A stretch of 61,080 nucleotides of DNA, filler included. It is 4 parts of 4 records of this genome, joined end to end, with 100 filler letters (N's around TTAATTAATTAA, not from the genome) between each part and the next. Parts side by side here need not be neighbours in the genome. Positions count along the whole stretch, not along the records: positions 1 to 19,438 come from DRR378314_655; 3 more parts are not named here. One strand, 5' to 3'. Shown here one piece after another: positions 1 through 12,873 of the stretch. The notes beneath the pieces are model-generated. The model was not told the DNA's origin and did not search any database. It saw only the letters and a list, made by a program, of their open reading frames with translations. Every line of letters begins with the position of its first letter. The stretch's first letter is position 1. Made by a program: the position numbers and the translations under genes.

Positions 1-24
1 CAGCAGCAGCAGCAGCAGCAGCAG
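1..24. repeat. (CAG)n microsatellite, encoding poly-Ala on the minus strand
   Basis: Eight tandem CAG units at the start of the window. Confidence 0.9.
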
Positions 25-751
25 AAGCAGGAGCGGTAGGAGCGCCAGGCGGCTCGCTCGTGCCCGCCAGCGGCGCGCTGCTGAGACTATCCCCGCCCAC
101 AGGGGAGTCTTCTTCATCGTCGTCGGATTCTGAATCAATAGTGATTCGTTTCCGATGAGCGGACGCAATGATGTGGTTCGTAGTGCCACGCGTGCGCGGT
201 ACGCGGGGTCGCGGTGTGAACAGGAAGTCGTCGTCCTCGTCGGCACTTCGCGCGTCATCGTCGCTCTCGCTGGCTGCCACCGGGCTGCAGCAGCCACTAA
301 GCACTTGCGTTTCACATGTACCGGTATCTGGCTGTTGCACAGTATCATCCGGTACGTCCCGGTCTTTCAGCTCCGCATCCGTCCCTTCGGAGACGCGCTG
401 CTCGGCGCTCGGCGCGGCAGCGACTTCGCGCGGCGGCGACGGCGGCAACGAACGTCCGGCCGACTCACCGCCACACGCCGGTGGCGTGCGCGCGAGTACT
501 CGCGCTCCCAGCGCACCCGGTTCTGCCTCTGCAACACATTCGGTTTCAATCGACTCGTTGGAATTTGCGACGCTTCCAGCTTCAAGACGGGGCGAGTCGT
601 TTGGTGCGAGGTCGGCGCGGAGCTTGGACGTTCCCGCGAGCTCGCGCACATTTTCAACGTTCTCCTCGCCGCTCGTTCCCGCCAGCCACCGGTGCGCGAC
701 GGCCGCGCGCAGGAACCGGGAACGAAGCACCGAGAGCAACTCGACGTCCAT
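1..751 (-). CDS. Partial eukaryotic low-complexity acidic/disordered protein exon, running off the left edge
   Basis: The minus strand reads open from ATG at 751 (MDVELLSVLRSRF...ESDDDARSADEDDDF...RKRITIDSESDDDEEDS...AAAAAAA) to the window edge. The Ser-rich + strand ORF 168-839 is its antisense shadow. Further 5' exons are possible. Confidence 0.5.
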   Translation of the reverse strand, partial: MDVELLSVLRSRFLRAAVAHRWLAGTSGEENVENVRELAGTSKLRADLAPNDSPRLEAGSVANSNESIETECVAEAEPGALGARVLARTPPACGGESAGRSLPPSPPREVAAAPSAEQRVSEGTDAELKDRDVPDDTVQQPDTGTCETQVLSGCCSPVAASESDDDARSADEDDDFLFTPRPRVPRTRGTTNHIIASAHRKRITIDSESDDDEEDSPVGGDSLSSAPLAGTSEPPGAPTAPASAAAAAAA

Positions 752-1259
752 TACTAAAATGTTCGTTCTTAGTACAATGTTGTCACTTTTTCAATCAATA
801 GCGCTGAGAGAGAGCGCGCGCGCTGAAAATCTACGATAGCTGAAATCGCCGCGCTTGGGCTATGCGGCTGGAAAGCGCTTAGCGTAGTCGTCAACGCCGC
901 AAAACGTTGCAGCTGACGACGCGCGAAGAGGACCTGTGCAGATAGCGGAGCACGCACGAGCGCTGCAGAAGCACCGGAGACTACCAATGGCCCGCTGCAG
1001 GGACACAGATGAAGTGCTCGTTCTTACGAGAAGGCGCCGTTACCAAGTGAGCAACTCTCGCAGTTGCAACGCGCGTGCGCTTGTGCTTGGCAACGTGCGC
1101 GCACCGCTGGCGAAGAGCTGCGGCGCGACCGTCCTCGCACTGGCGGGCTGGGATGTAGGGGTGAGGAAAATATCCCCTGGCAAATTGGGAAGATCCTTTG
1201 TTTACTTCAGTCCAATCACGTTATTCGCAAATACTATGCAGTGTACAGGTCTTTGAGGG

Positions 1260-3410
1260 CTAATCGTTCCACTCATCATCAGATGTGCCTTCTTCCACAC
1301 CCTCGTAGAACGGGTCGTCCTCGGAGGCCAGCGAAAGCCGCCTTTGCAACAGATGGCTCTTGGTAAGCGACAGGAACGATCCGCGACCGGCTTGCTTTTC
1401 AGGAAGTACACGTTCACGTGCACTTCGCAAGGAAGCACGTCGCTGCAGAGCCAGAGTGAGCAGCGCAAGGCAAGAGGAAACGCTTGCGATCAGGCATGCG
1501 CATTTCGAGCGGAGACCGGGCGCAATCATCAATCTGCAACGGCTCGTCTCTGCGCCATTCTTTAGCGGCGTCGTTCAGAAGACAAGGCGAGACGACGGTA
1601 AGAGAATGTCGGCTATTGACAACATGACGAGAGCGCATACCGCAGAGAGTTCCTGAAGAAAGTTTTCTTGTCCAACGGCTGCCAGTCTGGGAGTCGTCTC
1701 CCGGCCGCGCGAGGGAGACGAGGTCAGCGGCGTCTGCGGATCGCGCGGGCCTGCAGAGAAGCACAGCGCGGCAAGGGGACACACAGCGACCACAAGAGGA
1801 GATGCTGAGCCCGTGCTTGTACGTAGCCTCAGGAAAGACCTACATATGGAACATATGTTTGCTTGCAATCACAACAATGGGCATGGAGCTGTTCCAGCTC
1901 CTTTGTCGACATCGATAGCGACGGGCGAAACAACCAATCCGTTGCCACACTCTGACACCAGCACAGCGGCTGCGTCCGGTACCTGACGAAGGCGAAGTAA
2001 ACTTGTTCGGAGTTCCGGTGAGCGTCGATGCCGGGGGTAGCGGCGGTGGCGGCGGCGGCGGATGAGGAGCTGACGACGATCGCTGCGCGGCGCGCGACAG
2101 AAGCGGTTCCTTGCGCCCGTTACGCAGCGCGCCGTCCTCTGCGCCGCCGCTGGAAGCCGGCCGCGCGCGCGCAGAGCCGTCCGCCGCCACCATGGCACCG
2201 CTCTTCATCTGCGCCATGCGCTTCTCCTCCTTTTTGCGCCTCAGCGCAGCGAGCTTCTTCTCCTTATCAGCACGCTCCTCGTTGCGGCCAGAGGGAGTGC
2301 TCCGTCGTCCGCTGTGCCGCGCATGCACTGCAAGCCCATCCACAGCGCGAGCAACAATCCAGAGGTTACAACCCGCATCAATTAGCAGCAACGGTCGCAT
2401 CCACACAGGGCTACGATTGAGTGACGTACAAAACCTTGCACCTCTTCTACATACATATTTACCAATAATACGACATGTCCTCATGGTATTCAGCCCAGTT
2501 CCGGTTGGGCGAGAAGGCCGCGGAGAGACTCCAAAAGTGCAGAAACGCCTCGTGACCGCATCGTTTCCAATTCGCACTCAAAGGGCCAACTGTGTGCCCT
2601 CATATACGCACCGTCAGAGGACAGGGAGCGCGATTGGCGCGAAGGAGGTGCAACAAGAACGGCGCTCTCCTCGTCGAAAATGTCAAGCTCTTCGCGCGTG
2701 AATCCCATCATGGCAATGAGAAGTGAGGAGTATGACGGCGAAGTCCTTCCCTGCGCGCCAAACGACATAGCAAAGGATACGCGATCCGCAGCGGATATTC
2801 CCCGAGTATTACAACCGCAGCAACAAAATCGCATTCAGCGCGAAGCACTACATCCATCAGGATGCCTTGTGCACGTAGAATGGCATCACCGTCTATCGCT
2901 CGGGTACCATGAAGTACAGTGCTCCTCTGATTCGCACGTCTCATGACATCAGCTGCGCATGAGGTACAGCTTTCCCGATACGAAAAGATGCAGCGGTCAC
3001 GATCCATAGCAGCAGTACATCCCGCCATACGCTATTGTTCACAGTCAAGATGAAACGAGCAGCTTGGTGCGGAACCACCGGAAGAGACTGCACGCAGCTA
3101 GAAAGGAACGAGGGAGCACATTTCTGACATTGTAACCCACGCAATTTCGCGCGCACCGAAGGATAGAACGCCCTCCGCACCGCAATCGCAAGCCTCGTCC
3201 GTAGTTCATCCACTACCGGGAGAATAATGACACGTACCTGCGTGTAGAGAATGTATACTTTCCTCCCATCAATCCGGTTCTTCTTGAACGCCGCCGCGTG
3301 GCGACCGAGACCGATTCGGGAGATCCACTCACTGACCTCCTGCACATTCATCGACCCCACATGGTCAGGCGGCGATTCAAACAGCGCATCCGATGCCGCC
3401 GATGCTCCCT
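1260..3410 (-). CDS. Multi-exon SAM-domain protein with basic coiled coil, polyproline and C-terminal WH2-central-acidic (VCA) module; WASP-family-like; 5' end unresolved
   Basis: Phase-compatible GT-AG exons 1260-1442, 1641-1750, 1983-2327, 2612-2750, plus exons near 2850-2925 and 3160-3410. SAM-like segment VQEVSEWISRIGLGRHAAAFKKNRIDG; PPPPPPPLPP; WH2 QENFLQELSA|RRASLRSARERVLP; central LTKSHLLQRRLSL; acidic end EEGTSDDEWND*. Confidence 0.65.
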
Positions 3411-4355
3411 GTACCGCCAATGGACAAGAAAGGATGCATAGTAAAGAACTGAACATTAATCGAGGCTACCAGAGAAAAAAATTACTCACTGTGCTTCGAA
3501 CCTCGACGCTCGTGAGGATATGCCAGCACCAATACCACACACGCCGTCGATTCGCTCATCGTCTCAGTCGCGCATGCACTTGTCGTTCTTCATCGCCAGA
3601 CCCCCTGCGCGATTCCACTGACGTTGCAAAGTTCGACTACGAAGCATCTCTTTCGTATCGCTCACTGCCACGTACCCGGGGGAGCGTCTCACTCACGGGT
3701 TGTCGACGCTGCGAAGCGGTTGCTTGTTCTTCACTTGAACTACTGAACAATCGCTTCACACCACTGGCGAGTGAGTCAAACCACCTGTGACAAACAGAGA
3801 GCGAAGCAAAGACGTCCAAAACCATGGACAAGTTAACTCATAGTAGCAAGAACAAAGGAATCAAAGGATCCGCGTTCTCGAGAAGAACGAGCTTCATTCC
3901 TTGCTCGGAACAAACGCCAGAAAGGCACAAGTGCAGCATCCATTGCATCGAGAAAGCCAGTTGTGCGAGAATCTCGTGAACGATACACGACCTACCAACT
4001 CTACTTACGAGCTGTGTAGCATAGGGTGCAGAGGGGAATGCAATTCTTTCACAAGAACCTTTTTGCGAGAGCACGATGCGTATCACGGCCACGAAAGCGA
4101 GAATGCAGCCATTTCAAGACGAGTGACCGCCCGTACTCGGCGACAGTACAGAGACGGTTGTCGCAAGTGCAAAGGAGCGCAACACTCGTTTGCTGGTACG
4201 AGTAACAACAAGGCAACATTGGAGACTTTGTGCCGCTGCGGTAGCTTCGGTCCAAGGGCAGGACGACACTGTCGATTTCTCGTAGTAATGCACTAGATGC
4301 GGAACGCTGGGCGATAGCTGAGGAGCGCGGTGAAGGTGCGCGCGATCACCCTGGA

Positions 4356-5791
4356 TCAGATGCTCGACTCGCTGCCGTTACCAGCGGCAAGTCCGGATCC
4401 GACCGCAACGCCATCGGGTTCAACCAAGAGCGCGTACCCCGATTCTTCATCGCTATCTTCGCCTCCCGATTCGTCAGAAACAGACGCGTGGGATGTTCCG
4501 CCAGTGAGCGAGCTTGTGGATGAGCCTCGGCGCTCCAAAGGCGGAGAGGGAGCTCCACTGGGCGTGTCCTGCGCACTACTGCTTCCGCCAAACGCCGAGC
4601 TCACCGCTGCACGCAAAAAAAAAAAAACCGGACCAGGAGAAGCGCAGAGCACGCGCGCGCCAGTCAACCGCACGAAAAGTCGCATGCTGCGTCTAAAATG
4701 GTAAACGATGACAATAGAAGTGGAAAGGATGCGATTCGCCGCCCGGTAAATCCCGGAAAAGGCGAACACGAGCGCAGCGCCAGTGTGTAGCGTACCGCGA
4801 GCTGCGGACTCGACCATGTCGCCCAGATCATCGACAAACGACCGCGACCGTTTCAACCTGACACATAACACGAGCAAATTCATTGGATGCAAATTGTCAG
4901 TATCGCTGAAATGTCATGCATGCATTGGCGGGCGAGCAGGCGTTTCCGAATAGAAGCACCTCGCCCGCGCGCAGCAGGTTGCGCCGCACAATCGCCCTTG
5001 CAAACGCTCGGCGCTTCTCCCACTCCTGCAACACGCGATTAACGCTGTGAATCTCAAATTCAAAATAATGCATACGCCGTGGATACATTATTCGAATAAA
5101 TCTCCTTTGTAAAACGTGTTTATCAACAGCGCCGCACGGTCGCCGTACGTGGAAGGCGACAACAGCGCAGCATTTCCGCGTGTGCGAAGGGAGTCCGGTC
5201 CGCACAGCACTTGTAGGCACGCGGCACCGCCTTGCCCACGCGCTGGCGCCAGATCTTCCGGCAGATCTACCCACTGCTCCAGCCTCGACCTATACCGACA
5301 ATGTGAGCCATGGAAGTCACCTGTTTTATCGGGGAAACACTTCATCACAATGTTCTACAGTTCACCCGCTCGCTACCTAACGCTGGGATGCTGTGCAATA
5401 AGGATAAGGGAAACGCTTCGTTGGAGGAGCTAGAGCAAGGGCGAGCGGCGCGCGCCAGGACCCAGAACACCAACAGCACTGTGCTCAGCACGGAAGCCAT
5501 CCGCGGTTAAACCCAAGGTCAATATATATATAAGCACGTAAAATACATTGTACGATACGTAATGTTCACTCTTGGATGGAAAGGGCGAGCGCACGCGTCG
5601 GCTACGTGACCATGCGGTGGGCTGAACGCGCGGAGGTCTGGGGCGCGCGGCAGCGCCGCCTGGCCAGCCCAACGGCGCGCTCGAAAAGCAGCCCACGCGC
5701 GGGCCAAGCGCCCGCAGCGCGCAACTGAACCCGTTGACGGCTCCGACAAATTGAAAAAATCATCTATGGGCACGTACTTTTTCTTTGGCAT
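4356..5791 (-). CDS. Probable multi-exon hypothetical protein
   Basis: Plausible N-terminus MPKKKYVPIDDFFNLS at 5791 and an acidic/Ser-rich terminal exon ending at 4356. Internal exons are not resolved and no family was recognised. Confidence 0.35.
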
Positions 5792-6022
5792 TCTTTCAAT
5801 CTACAAACACTGCTCGCGGGGAGCAGGCTCACGGCGAGCTTCTGTCCGCGTGGCGCGTTTGTGGGCGGGCGGAGAGCGCGACGGCCGCGCGGCGCGCTTG
5901 CGCTGCGGCGTGGGAGGAACGAAGGAAGAGAGCCCTAGCTTGATATCGTGACCGCGCCGCCGTCGCACCAGCGAACTGGGCTGCCCTTGCCTCTGCAAAT
6001 TGTTGCCCTCACACACCGCGAT

Positions 6023-7692
6023 TTATCTCTGTAGATTAACACAGTTGCTATTGTACATGATATATGCATTGCTTTGGGGTTGCACAGAGGAGAATACACT
6101 GAAATAGTTCCGGCACGGGATTGGAAGTAGACTGCCAGTATGGAGAAACAGGCACCGGGCCGCGTTTGCCAGGTGCTGTAGGGGAAAGGCAACGGTTGCG
6201 AGTTGGCACTGCTTTGCGTACAAGGTGGTTCCGGTCAGCCATTCTTTCTTTGCTGTCGTTGCTTAAGAGTGGAACGATTATGTAAGGTAGGGAGAGAGTG
6301 GCGAGGAAGTCAATATCCATCACTGTGTCGCCACTGACCTCAATATATGGCCGCTCGCTACCATAACGTCGTTCAAGGACGCGACCGATTTCCCCCTCCG
6401 CGCAGTCAGTGCGCGGCAAAATCAAAGTTTGTCCAAGTACTTTTTACAACGCATCCCAGAAAAAAGATCGTGACAGGAGCGGCTAGCTTATTCGTAAAAG
6501 AATGATAAGCCGAGTGCAGAATCTCTCCCGCGTCTGAATCAATGCACTAAGATTGGCATAAACTCACGAGCACACCAAGTACGTTGGTACCAGTGCGGTC
6601 CACCACACCAACGAAGAGGGGAAGCCTCGCCACAAGCCAGAGAAATTCCGACCTGCTTGCCAGTTGAAGCACAAGCGTAATATCACACACATCGTGTATA
6701 TATCACTTTTTAGTACAAGGACACTGGATAAACCGATAGCGAGCATATATGCCCATTGCATGTTCGACAAATACAGCGCAGAGGCCGCCCCGCTTCAGCG
6801 TTCGATCCGTGGGAATAGTTCTGTCCAACGAGCGAGAGACGCCTCGCGCTTCGCGAGACCCCGCTGTCGAGGGCATCAGGGGCTTGCTTTCAAGTACTTG
6901 GTAACTCAGAAAGTGGTGCACAGTTCGAGAATATCACGGTCACAGCAGACACGGTGAAGTAGTCCATGTGGGACAATTGCATTGCTAAAGGACCCTTGTA
7001 TACGTGCGTTATGCTCTTACGCATTCATCATTTTTGCGCGCGGGGATGGCAAGGAACGGTAGGCCGTGTATTTGGCATTACCCCGGCACTGCTAGCCTCC
7101 TTTTGGAAGAGCTACAATGAGAGTTGTAAAATATATTTCGTTGTGCTTGCTTGATTGCGCAAATCGGGATGGTGTAGCATTTTCCACAGTTTCCTGGACT
7201 TGGAAAGGAATAGACGTGGAGAATGAGGAACGAGCTGCTCGCGAATCTCCATCTTTCCATTTATCATGTCCATGCAATATGTTTTGTGGTACAAAATCAA
7301 AGATATGTACGCTATTGGCGTTACAGCATATGCATGGGTGAGATTGAGGGAATATAATTGAGCCAGCACGATGCAAACAGAAGGGAACGAGCAGCAATGT
7401 TTGAGGGCGTGTTCAGTCTTTCTTTGCACCCTGCGCGCGAGCTCATGGTTAGGGCAAGTCCACAAAATGGGCGAAGAGCTTGAATAGCTCCGCTCTCAGC
7501 AAATCCAAGGTCAACTATCTGACATTGTGCACAATCAGGAGTACCTTTTATATTCAAGCGCTTCTTTGCTAGTTGGATGACAGCTGTGCCACTCTGGCAA
7601 AGATGTGCTGTCTGGGCCTGTAGAGTTTTCGAGCGTGCAGCGCCCTCTGGACGGGCGATAGTATCTGCAGCGCACGCACCCCATCCGCACAC
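6023..7692 (-). CDS. Possible multi-exon hypothetical protein
   Basis: Series of minus-strand protein-like open segments (e.g. 6048-6425, 7321-7692). Exon structure is not resolved. Confidence 0.25.
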
Positions 7693-8089
7693 ACACGGCG
7701 CGACGCACTCTGAAGCACTCCGCGCGGGGGAAGAAGGGACAAGGGCTAGAACCCCCTTTCTGTCTCCTGCGCACCGCCCGTCTCAGCAACGGCGGACTGT
7801 ATAGCGCGCGCTGCCAAATACAGCAAGCGTGCACTGTGTGACGCGCCCGCGGCCCCTTGGACATACGAGGACTACCTTTATTTTCCGCGTCCCTATCGTA
7901 TCTTTTTTCTTTAACAGGAATTCTCATTCAGCATTTACGCAAAAGCATCCATGTAATTTTTTTCTGTGCGGAAAAGTGAGGCCTCTTACTATTTCCGCAC
8001 ACGGAACTGCTGTGCACCACTCCAAAAGCTGCTGCGCCTTGCACGGAAAGCAGCAGGCGGATCCGTGCTTCTCGTTCACTTCAAGTGAC

Positions 8090-10413
8090 ATGTCTACTTC
8101 AAGTGCGCCGTCAACCGATGATTTTCAGAACGAATACATACGTAGAACTCGGCATGAAGAAGCTGGATCTAGCGGTGTTCCAGAATCTACCCTTTCTCAG
8201 ACGTCAAATGGCACCACCGCGGCCTTGTCTTCTGCTGAGAGCACGGAGCATCGAAGCCTCCTCTCAGGGTCCGCCGGCGACGAGCACGCCTCGCCACTCT
8301 ACCTAGAATTCTTAGACACGTGCTGTAATCCTTCGTTCTTGCATTCTTTGGAGTACGAAATTTTTGAAATCGAGGTGCTACCAAAGTCTCCGGGGTATTC
8401 ACACTTGCGATCTGGAAGCCAGCGGGATGGAAGAGGAAGCGTCGGACACGGGCGGACAAGAAGACAAGCAGCTGCAGTCGATTCAAGCACATCAGGACCC
8501 TCAGCGATGCATCTTGTAAATGTGCTATTCGCACGGGCTTCTCAAAGTAGATCACATCCTATCAACTTGAGCAAAGTTTCCGCGGAGCAATCATTTGTTT
8601 CGCTGGAGGGTTTTGTCTCTCTGTTTGGGTCGACGGCAGGAGTGCGCAGGAGCGCTACGGCATCGATAGCGTCCGAGGCATACTACGCTCATGCAACCGC
8701 GAGACATTCGTCTGCGGCGCAGTCGATGGACAGCAGCGAGCTCGATGCTACCCCAAACTCGACAATGCTACTCAAAGAATCGTTCCCTTTCGCTCTTGTT
8801 CACGCAGCAAGGTAGGAGCGGAACAGCGGTCGAGTCATGGCTGCATTCGCGCGGAGAGTGTATGGGTGGCGCTGATAATCACCGCAATGCAGCGCATCCG
8901 CTGCGCTCTGTTGGCAGAACGATTCTGAATAGCAATACAGCGCTCCTTAGCAGGGATGCACTGTCGTTGACATTATTTGCCGTATCAGGAAATGTGAAAT
9001 TCTTATTGAAAACGTGACTTGGTGCGTTGTTTTTTCGGTGGGTACGTATTTATCAAAGGAAACTTGTCGGTTCTTCGCACACGGAGGTCAGCGCGCGCGT
9101 GGTTCTCGACGTGCTGCGCCGGATCGAGCAGCGCTCACGAGAGCTGCCTCTCACGCGAGTAACTCTGCGACTGGACGCACAAAAAGGGTTGCAAGGTGAC
9201 ACAAGTGCCCTGATAGAACGAAGCCATGTATCGCAGTGGTCAACGTCTGTTTATAATGACACGGTGGTCCGTTGCGTTACTTCGCTCGAGTATCGTGAGC
9301 GGAGCCAGATAAAAGCTGGCATCGTGCAAGAGACGCGCGCATCCCAGGAGAGCGCTCCAGCGACGCGAGCAGCTTTTCTGCTTCAATGGTTTTCAGAGAG
9401 GCCTCTGCGAAAGCACACACACTTTTTCGCTTGGTATTGTGCATCTGTTGCACAGATGCGTTGATTCTTGCGTGCGCCTCGTGCACGGGACGCTCGATAT
9501 GTTGCCCGTGTCTGCTGTAGCGCGCAGCCTTTCCTTCGGTTGCCCGCTTCCACGCGCCACAGCTTCTCTCAGCAGTGCGTTTCGTGGGGATTAGGACTTA
9601 GTTTGTCACCCCCTCTTCATTCTCGCCTTCCTCGCTGCATTACGTCTGTTGATCACAAATAGGTCATGGATGATGAATCTCTTTGGAAAAGAGTGCTGCG
9701 ACTCGATTCGACGAGTCATGTGGGGCCTGAAAGTTCTGGCTGCGGATGCGGCAGCGCGATTGCGGTCACCCACGTACGTTCCGCTCTTCGTGCTGACCCC
9801 GCCGGCTATGGGGAGTGCAAGCAACCTCTTTCCTTCGTACGCAATGCGTCACCCGTGGATCGTAGCTGCAGCGTATCCAAATCAGTTATGAATATGACTC
9901 CAAGTGTACTAATTGTCGCGTTGTACGCGGATGCGTCGACCAACACGGAATGTACCATTGGATTCGCTGGCGAAGCTGACGATTGTGCGCACGTCCGGCT
10001 TTGCGCTTCCCTCTCCCAGGCAAGAGCCGGGACGACCTATTCGTTTGCCTTGCTCGTACGCAACAAGACCTTTCGGTCACTTTGTATTGATGTCGAGGCG
10101 GACGAACTTCCTTTTCTCGACATTGCGTTTTCTCCGGCGCCTGTAGCTCCTGGGTTGCGCACCACCGTTGCGGTATCGGCAAGGTGCGTTTCCTCCGGCT
10201 CCCACGTCCGCCTCTGACCGATCCTCGTGCACAACCAACACTGTAGCGGTCCTGCGTACGCAGTCAGGCAGCTATCGTACGTACCTGAAACGCGACCCTT
10301 GTAAAGCCTACCGACGTGTATCGTACAGAATACGCATTTCTCGGCGGCAAAATCAGCGCCCGCAGCTCTGCACCACGACTCTCAGACATGGTGGTTTGGT
10401 GAGCACATTGTGA
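8090..10413 (+). CDS. Multi-exon hypothetical protein with a C-terminal Ig-like (ASH/MSP-type) domain
   Basis: Long first exon from ATG 8090 to a GTAGG donor near 8812. A later exon reads YSFALLVRNKTFRSLCIDV...FSPAPVAPGLRTTVAVSA, resembling the N...lAPG...v.V pattern of ASH domains. 3' end uncertain. Confidence 0.35.
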
Positions 10414-11420
10414 TGTGCATTCAGGGAGAGAGCGGAGGAGCGCACTCCCCGGCTGCCCAGAGGGTACGGCAGGGAAAGGACACCGTGCTTTCGCACTTTC
10501 TGTGGCGCTTGAGCACTGCAGCTGATAGGTGCAAGTCTGGGATTTTGCTTCGCCTGCAGGTGCTTTGCTCCTGAGGAGCACGCAGGTTTCATTGTGATCC
10601 GATTCGTATGGGAAGGCGCAGTCCAGACGCAGTCGGTCCCTGTGTACTTCCGCGTTACAGAGTAGTGCGGGGCGCTCCTCAACACGAAGAAACCGCGCGT
10701 ATCCCGTCACGACACGGAAGAACGCTGATAGAGAGAAACTTGAAATTTCCTCTCAACGATCGCTAGGTACACTCTAGGGATATTCTTCGGCTGTTCGCCC
10801 TGTGCAACCACACAATAAAGGGGCAGCGCGAGATATAGGAGCGCTGGCAAAATCAATGCCTGATCGCGATGCCACCCTGGGCGCAATGATTAGCGATCGT
10901 GCGCCTCAGCCCCCACCTTCCAGCCCAATGCATCGTCACCCAGAGATTAATGCTACAAGCTCTTCCTGGGACAAGCGCATATAGCGGATCGCACGGCGGC
11001 TTCTTCATCGCTGCTGGACTGCTATTCTTACCAGACATCTCCCACAATGCGACGCGCAGGCGCGCGCATTGTAATTCCAGCTGCACGCCACAGTCGCAAC
11101 TGCATGCGTGTTACGGGTTGCAGTTCCAGTCCGTATCGTTGTGACTCCTTCCACGATACAAAAACGAAAAAGTTTGATCCCAACATTCATTTCATAGTCG
11201 CATGATATCTCACAGTAGAGCACAAGGGGCAGTCTGGCCCAACGGCAGAGCTTCCGGCGCACGCTGCTCGCGGTGCGAAATTAAAACATTGCTATTCGCG
11301 AGGCGCTTTTTCGTGCTACTCGCAAGAGAAACAGTAATTCTCGGAGTGATATTTCTCGTCATGTTTGGGCAGAGCACGCGAAATTTGCGATGTGCAGCTC
11401 CGGCGCACGACGGTCGCGCG

Positions 11421-12873
11421 TCAGCGCACGACATGCTCAAGGACACCTTGTCGTATGAGGTGCTCCACATCTTGGCGACGCAGGTAGTGCGTTGTGTCCC
11501 GCGTAAGATTGACGCTGGTGGACATACAGAGAGGCGCACATGTCGTGCAGGCAGAGCGACATCGAGTTCAATTGCGTGAGTGTCCGAGGTAAGGACAGGA
11601 AGACCTCGTTGCCACGCCACTCGCACGTGCTGAGACCAGCCTGCGAGAGAGGAGACGGGCGGCAATGAGCGCAGCAAGGGCGCCGCGAACCGCAGAGCAG
11701 CAGCAAGTAGCGCATGGCAAACTGCTACTTCCGCTACACGGGCGATTGACGAGTTGATCACAGGCGGATACCGCTGCCACAGTACGCACGCCGCGTCCCA
11801 GTGCGTAGCAACGTACGTTCCGTTCGCCGTCTCGATCGAGCCGTAGTCTTGGAGGCACCGAACTTCCACGAAGAGGTCACGCGGCGGCTCCATGTCCTGC
11901 CCCAGCAACAAGTAGAGCGAGCGGTAATACCACAATGGAAGCACATACGTGAATTTAATACATTGCACAGATAAATAGAGTCTCGTCGTTCCAGTTGGCA
12001 CTAGGAATGGCTGCGGTTTCCCCTGCTCCTGGCAGCGCAGCGAAAGCGCGCGGAGAGCGAGAGAAGCCCCGTATGCGCACCGTTGTCAAAACCTCATCCA
12101 CTTCATCAATGTAATCCGCCAGTATTTCGTCGTATTCGTTGAAAAAGTCTTGCTCATCGGCGGAGAGGTTCTCCTTGTATTGCGCGGGAAGGACGCTCGT
12201 GCCAAGCTCCCACCGCAGCCCTTGCAAGCGCTGCAGCCGCGTCCACCTGCAGCAGGACGGGCAGTGCGCGAGCGACAAGAATACCGGCAACATCTTAAGT
12301 CTCATGCGTCTGTACTGCGCGACTATGCGCAGGTTCGCTCACGCGAATATATTCGAGAATTAGATTTTCACTGCCACGTGTGCATGCGTTGAGCTCATCT
12401 CAGGTGCGCACGGGCTTACGCTTGCGAACCGCTGTCGCGGTCGCATCTCGCAGACGCAGTCACGACAACGCACAGGTACGCCAGTACATATTGCTTGCAC
12501 CGCAGCGTCGTCCGGTGATGCACAACGAGACCGGCCTTAACATCTTCACGATCTTGGAGGTCTGCTGCATGTTTGCTGTAAGATACACACGAACAGATGG
12601 GGCAAAAAAAGCGGAGCCGTGAGCGGTGATGGTGCCACATGCAACGAGCAAGAGAGCGAGTCCGTACGCTTTCGTACGAAAAGAAAACGAAAGGCGGCGC
12701 ATCGCGCTCCGCTTCCCCACGCCACACGGCACGTACGCCAAGGTCATGTTGATGTTACTGGAAAGATTGTTGATATCGCGCACAGTCTCTTCAACACCAT
12801 CGTAGTCATATGGAGGTAGTAGCGGGTGTCTGCGGAGCTCGCGAAGCAGCTCGAGCGCCCGCTCGCCAAACAT
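11421..12873 (-). CDS. PSF1: GINS complex subunit 1 (Psf1), 5 exons, 192 aa
   Basis: complement(join(11421-11514,11817-11896,12081-12246,12474-12575,12737-12873)) = 579 nt. All introns are GT-AG and in phase. Motifs: MFGERALELL, RCKQYVLAYL, RLQGLRWELG, LSADEQDFFNEY, PPRDLFVEVRCLQDYG, LRRQDVEHLIRQGVL. Confidence 0.93.

Noticed and set aside
155-839. Three long overlapping + strand ORFs at the window start
   Set aside because: Their composition (Ser/Arg-rich) is the antisense shadow of the acidic minus-strand ORF; no motifs.
2390-2510. WW-domain-like words (WAEYHEDMSYYW; PVWMRP) on the minus strand
   Set aside because: They are in different frames and lie within the intron 2328-2611, whose removal preserves frame directly.
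11421-12873. Possible alternative genetic code or non-canonical introns in the eukaryotic contig
   Set aside because: PSF1 assembles to a full-length protein with four GT-AG introns, no internal stops and a TGA stop. Other gene models end in TAG or TAA.
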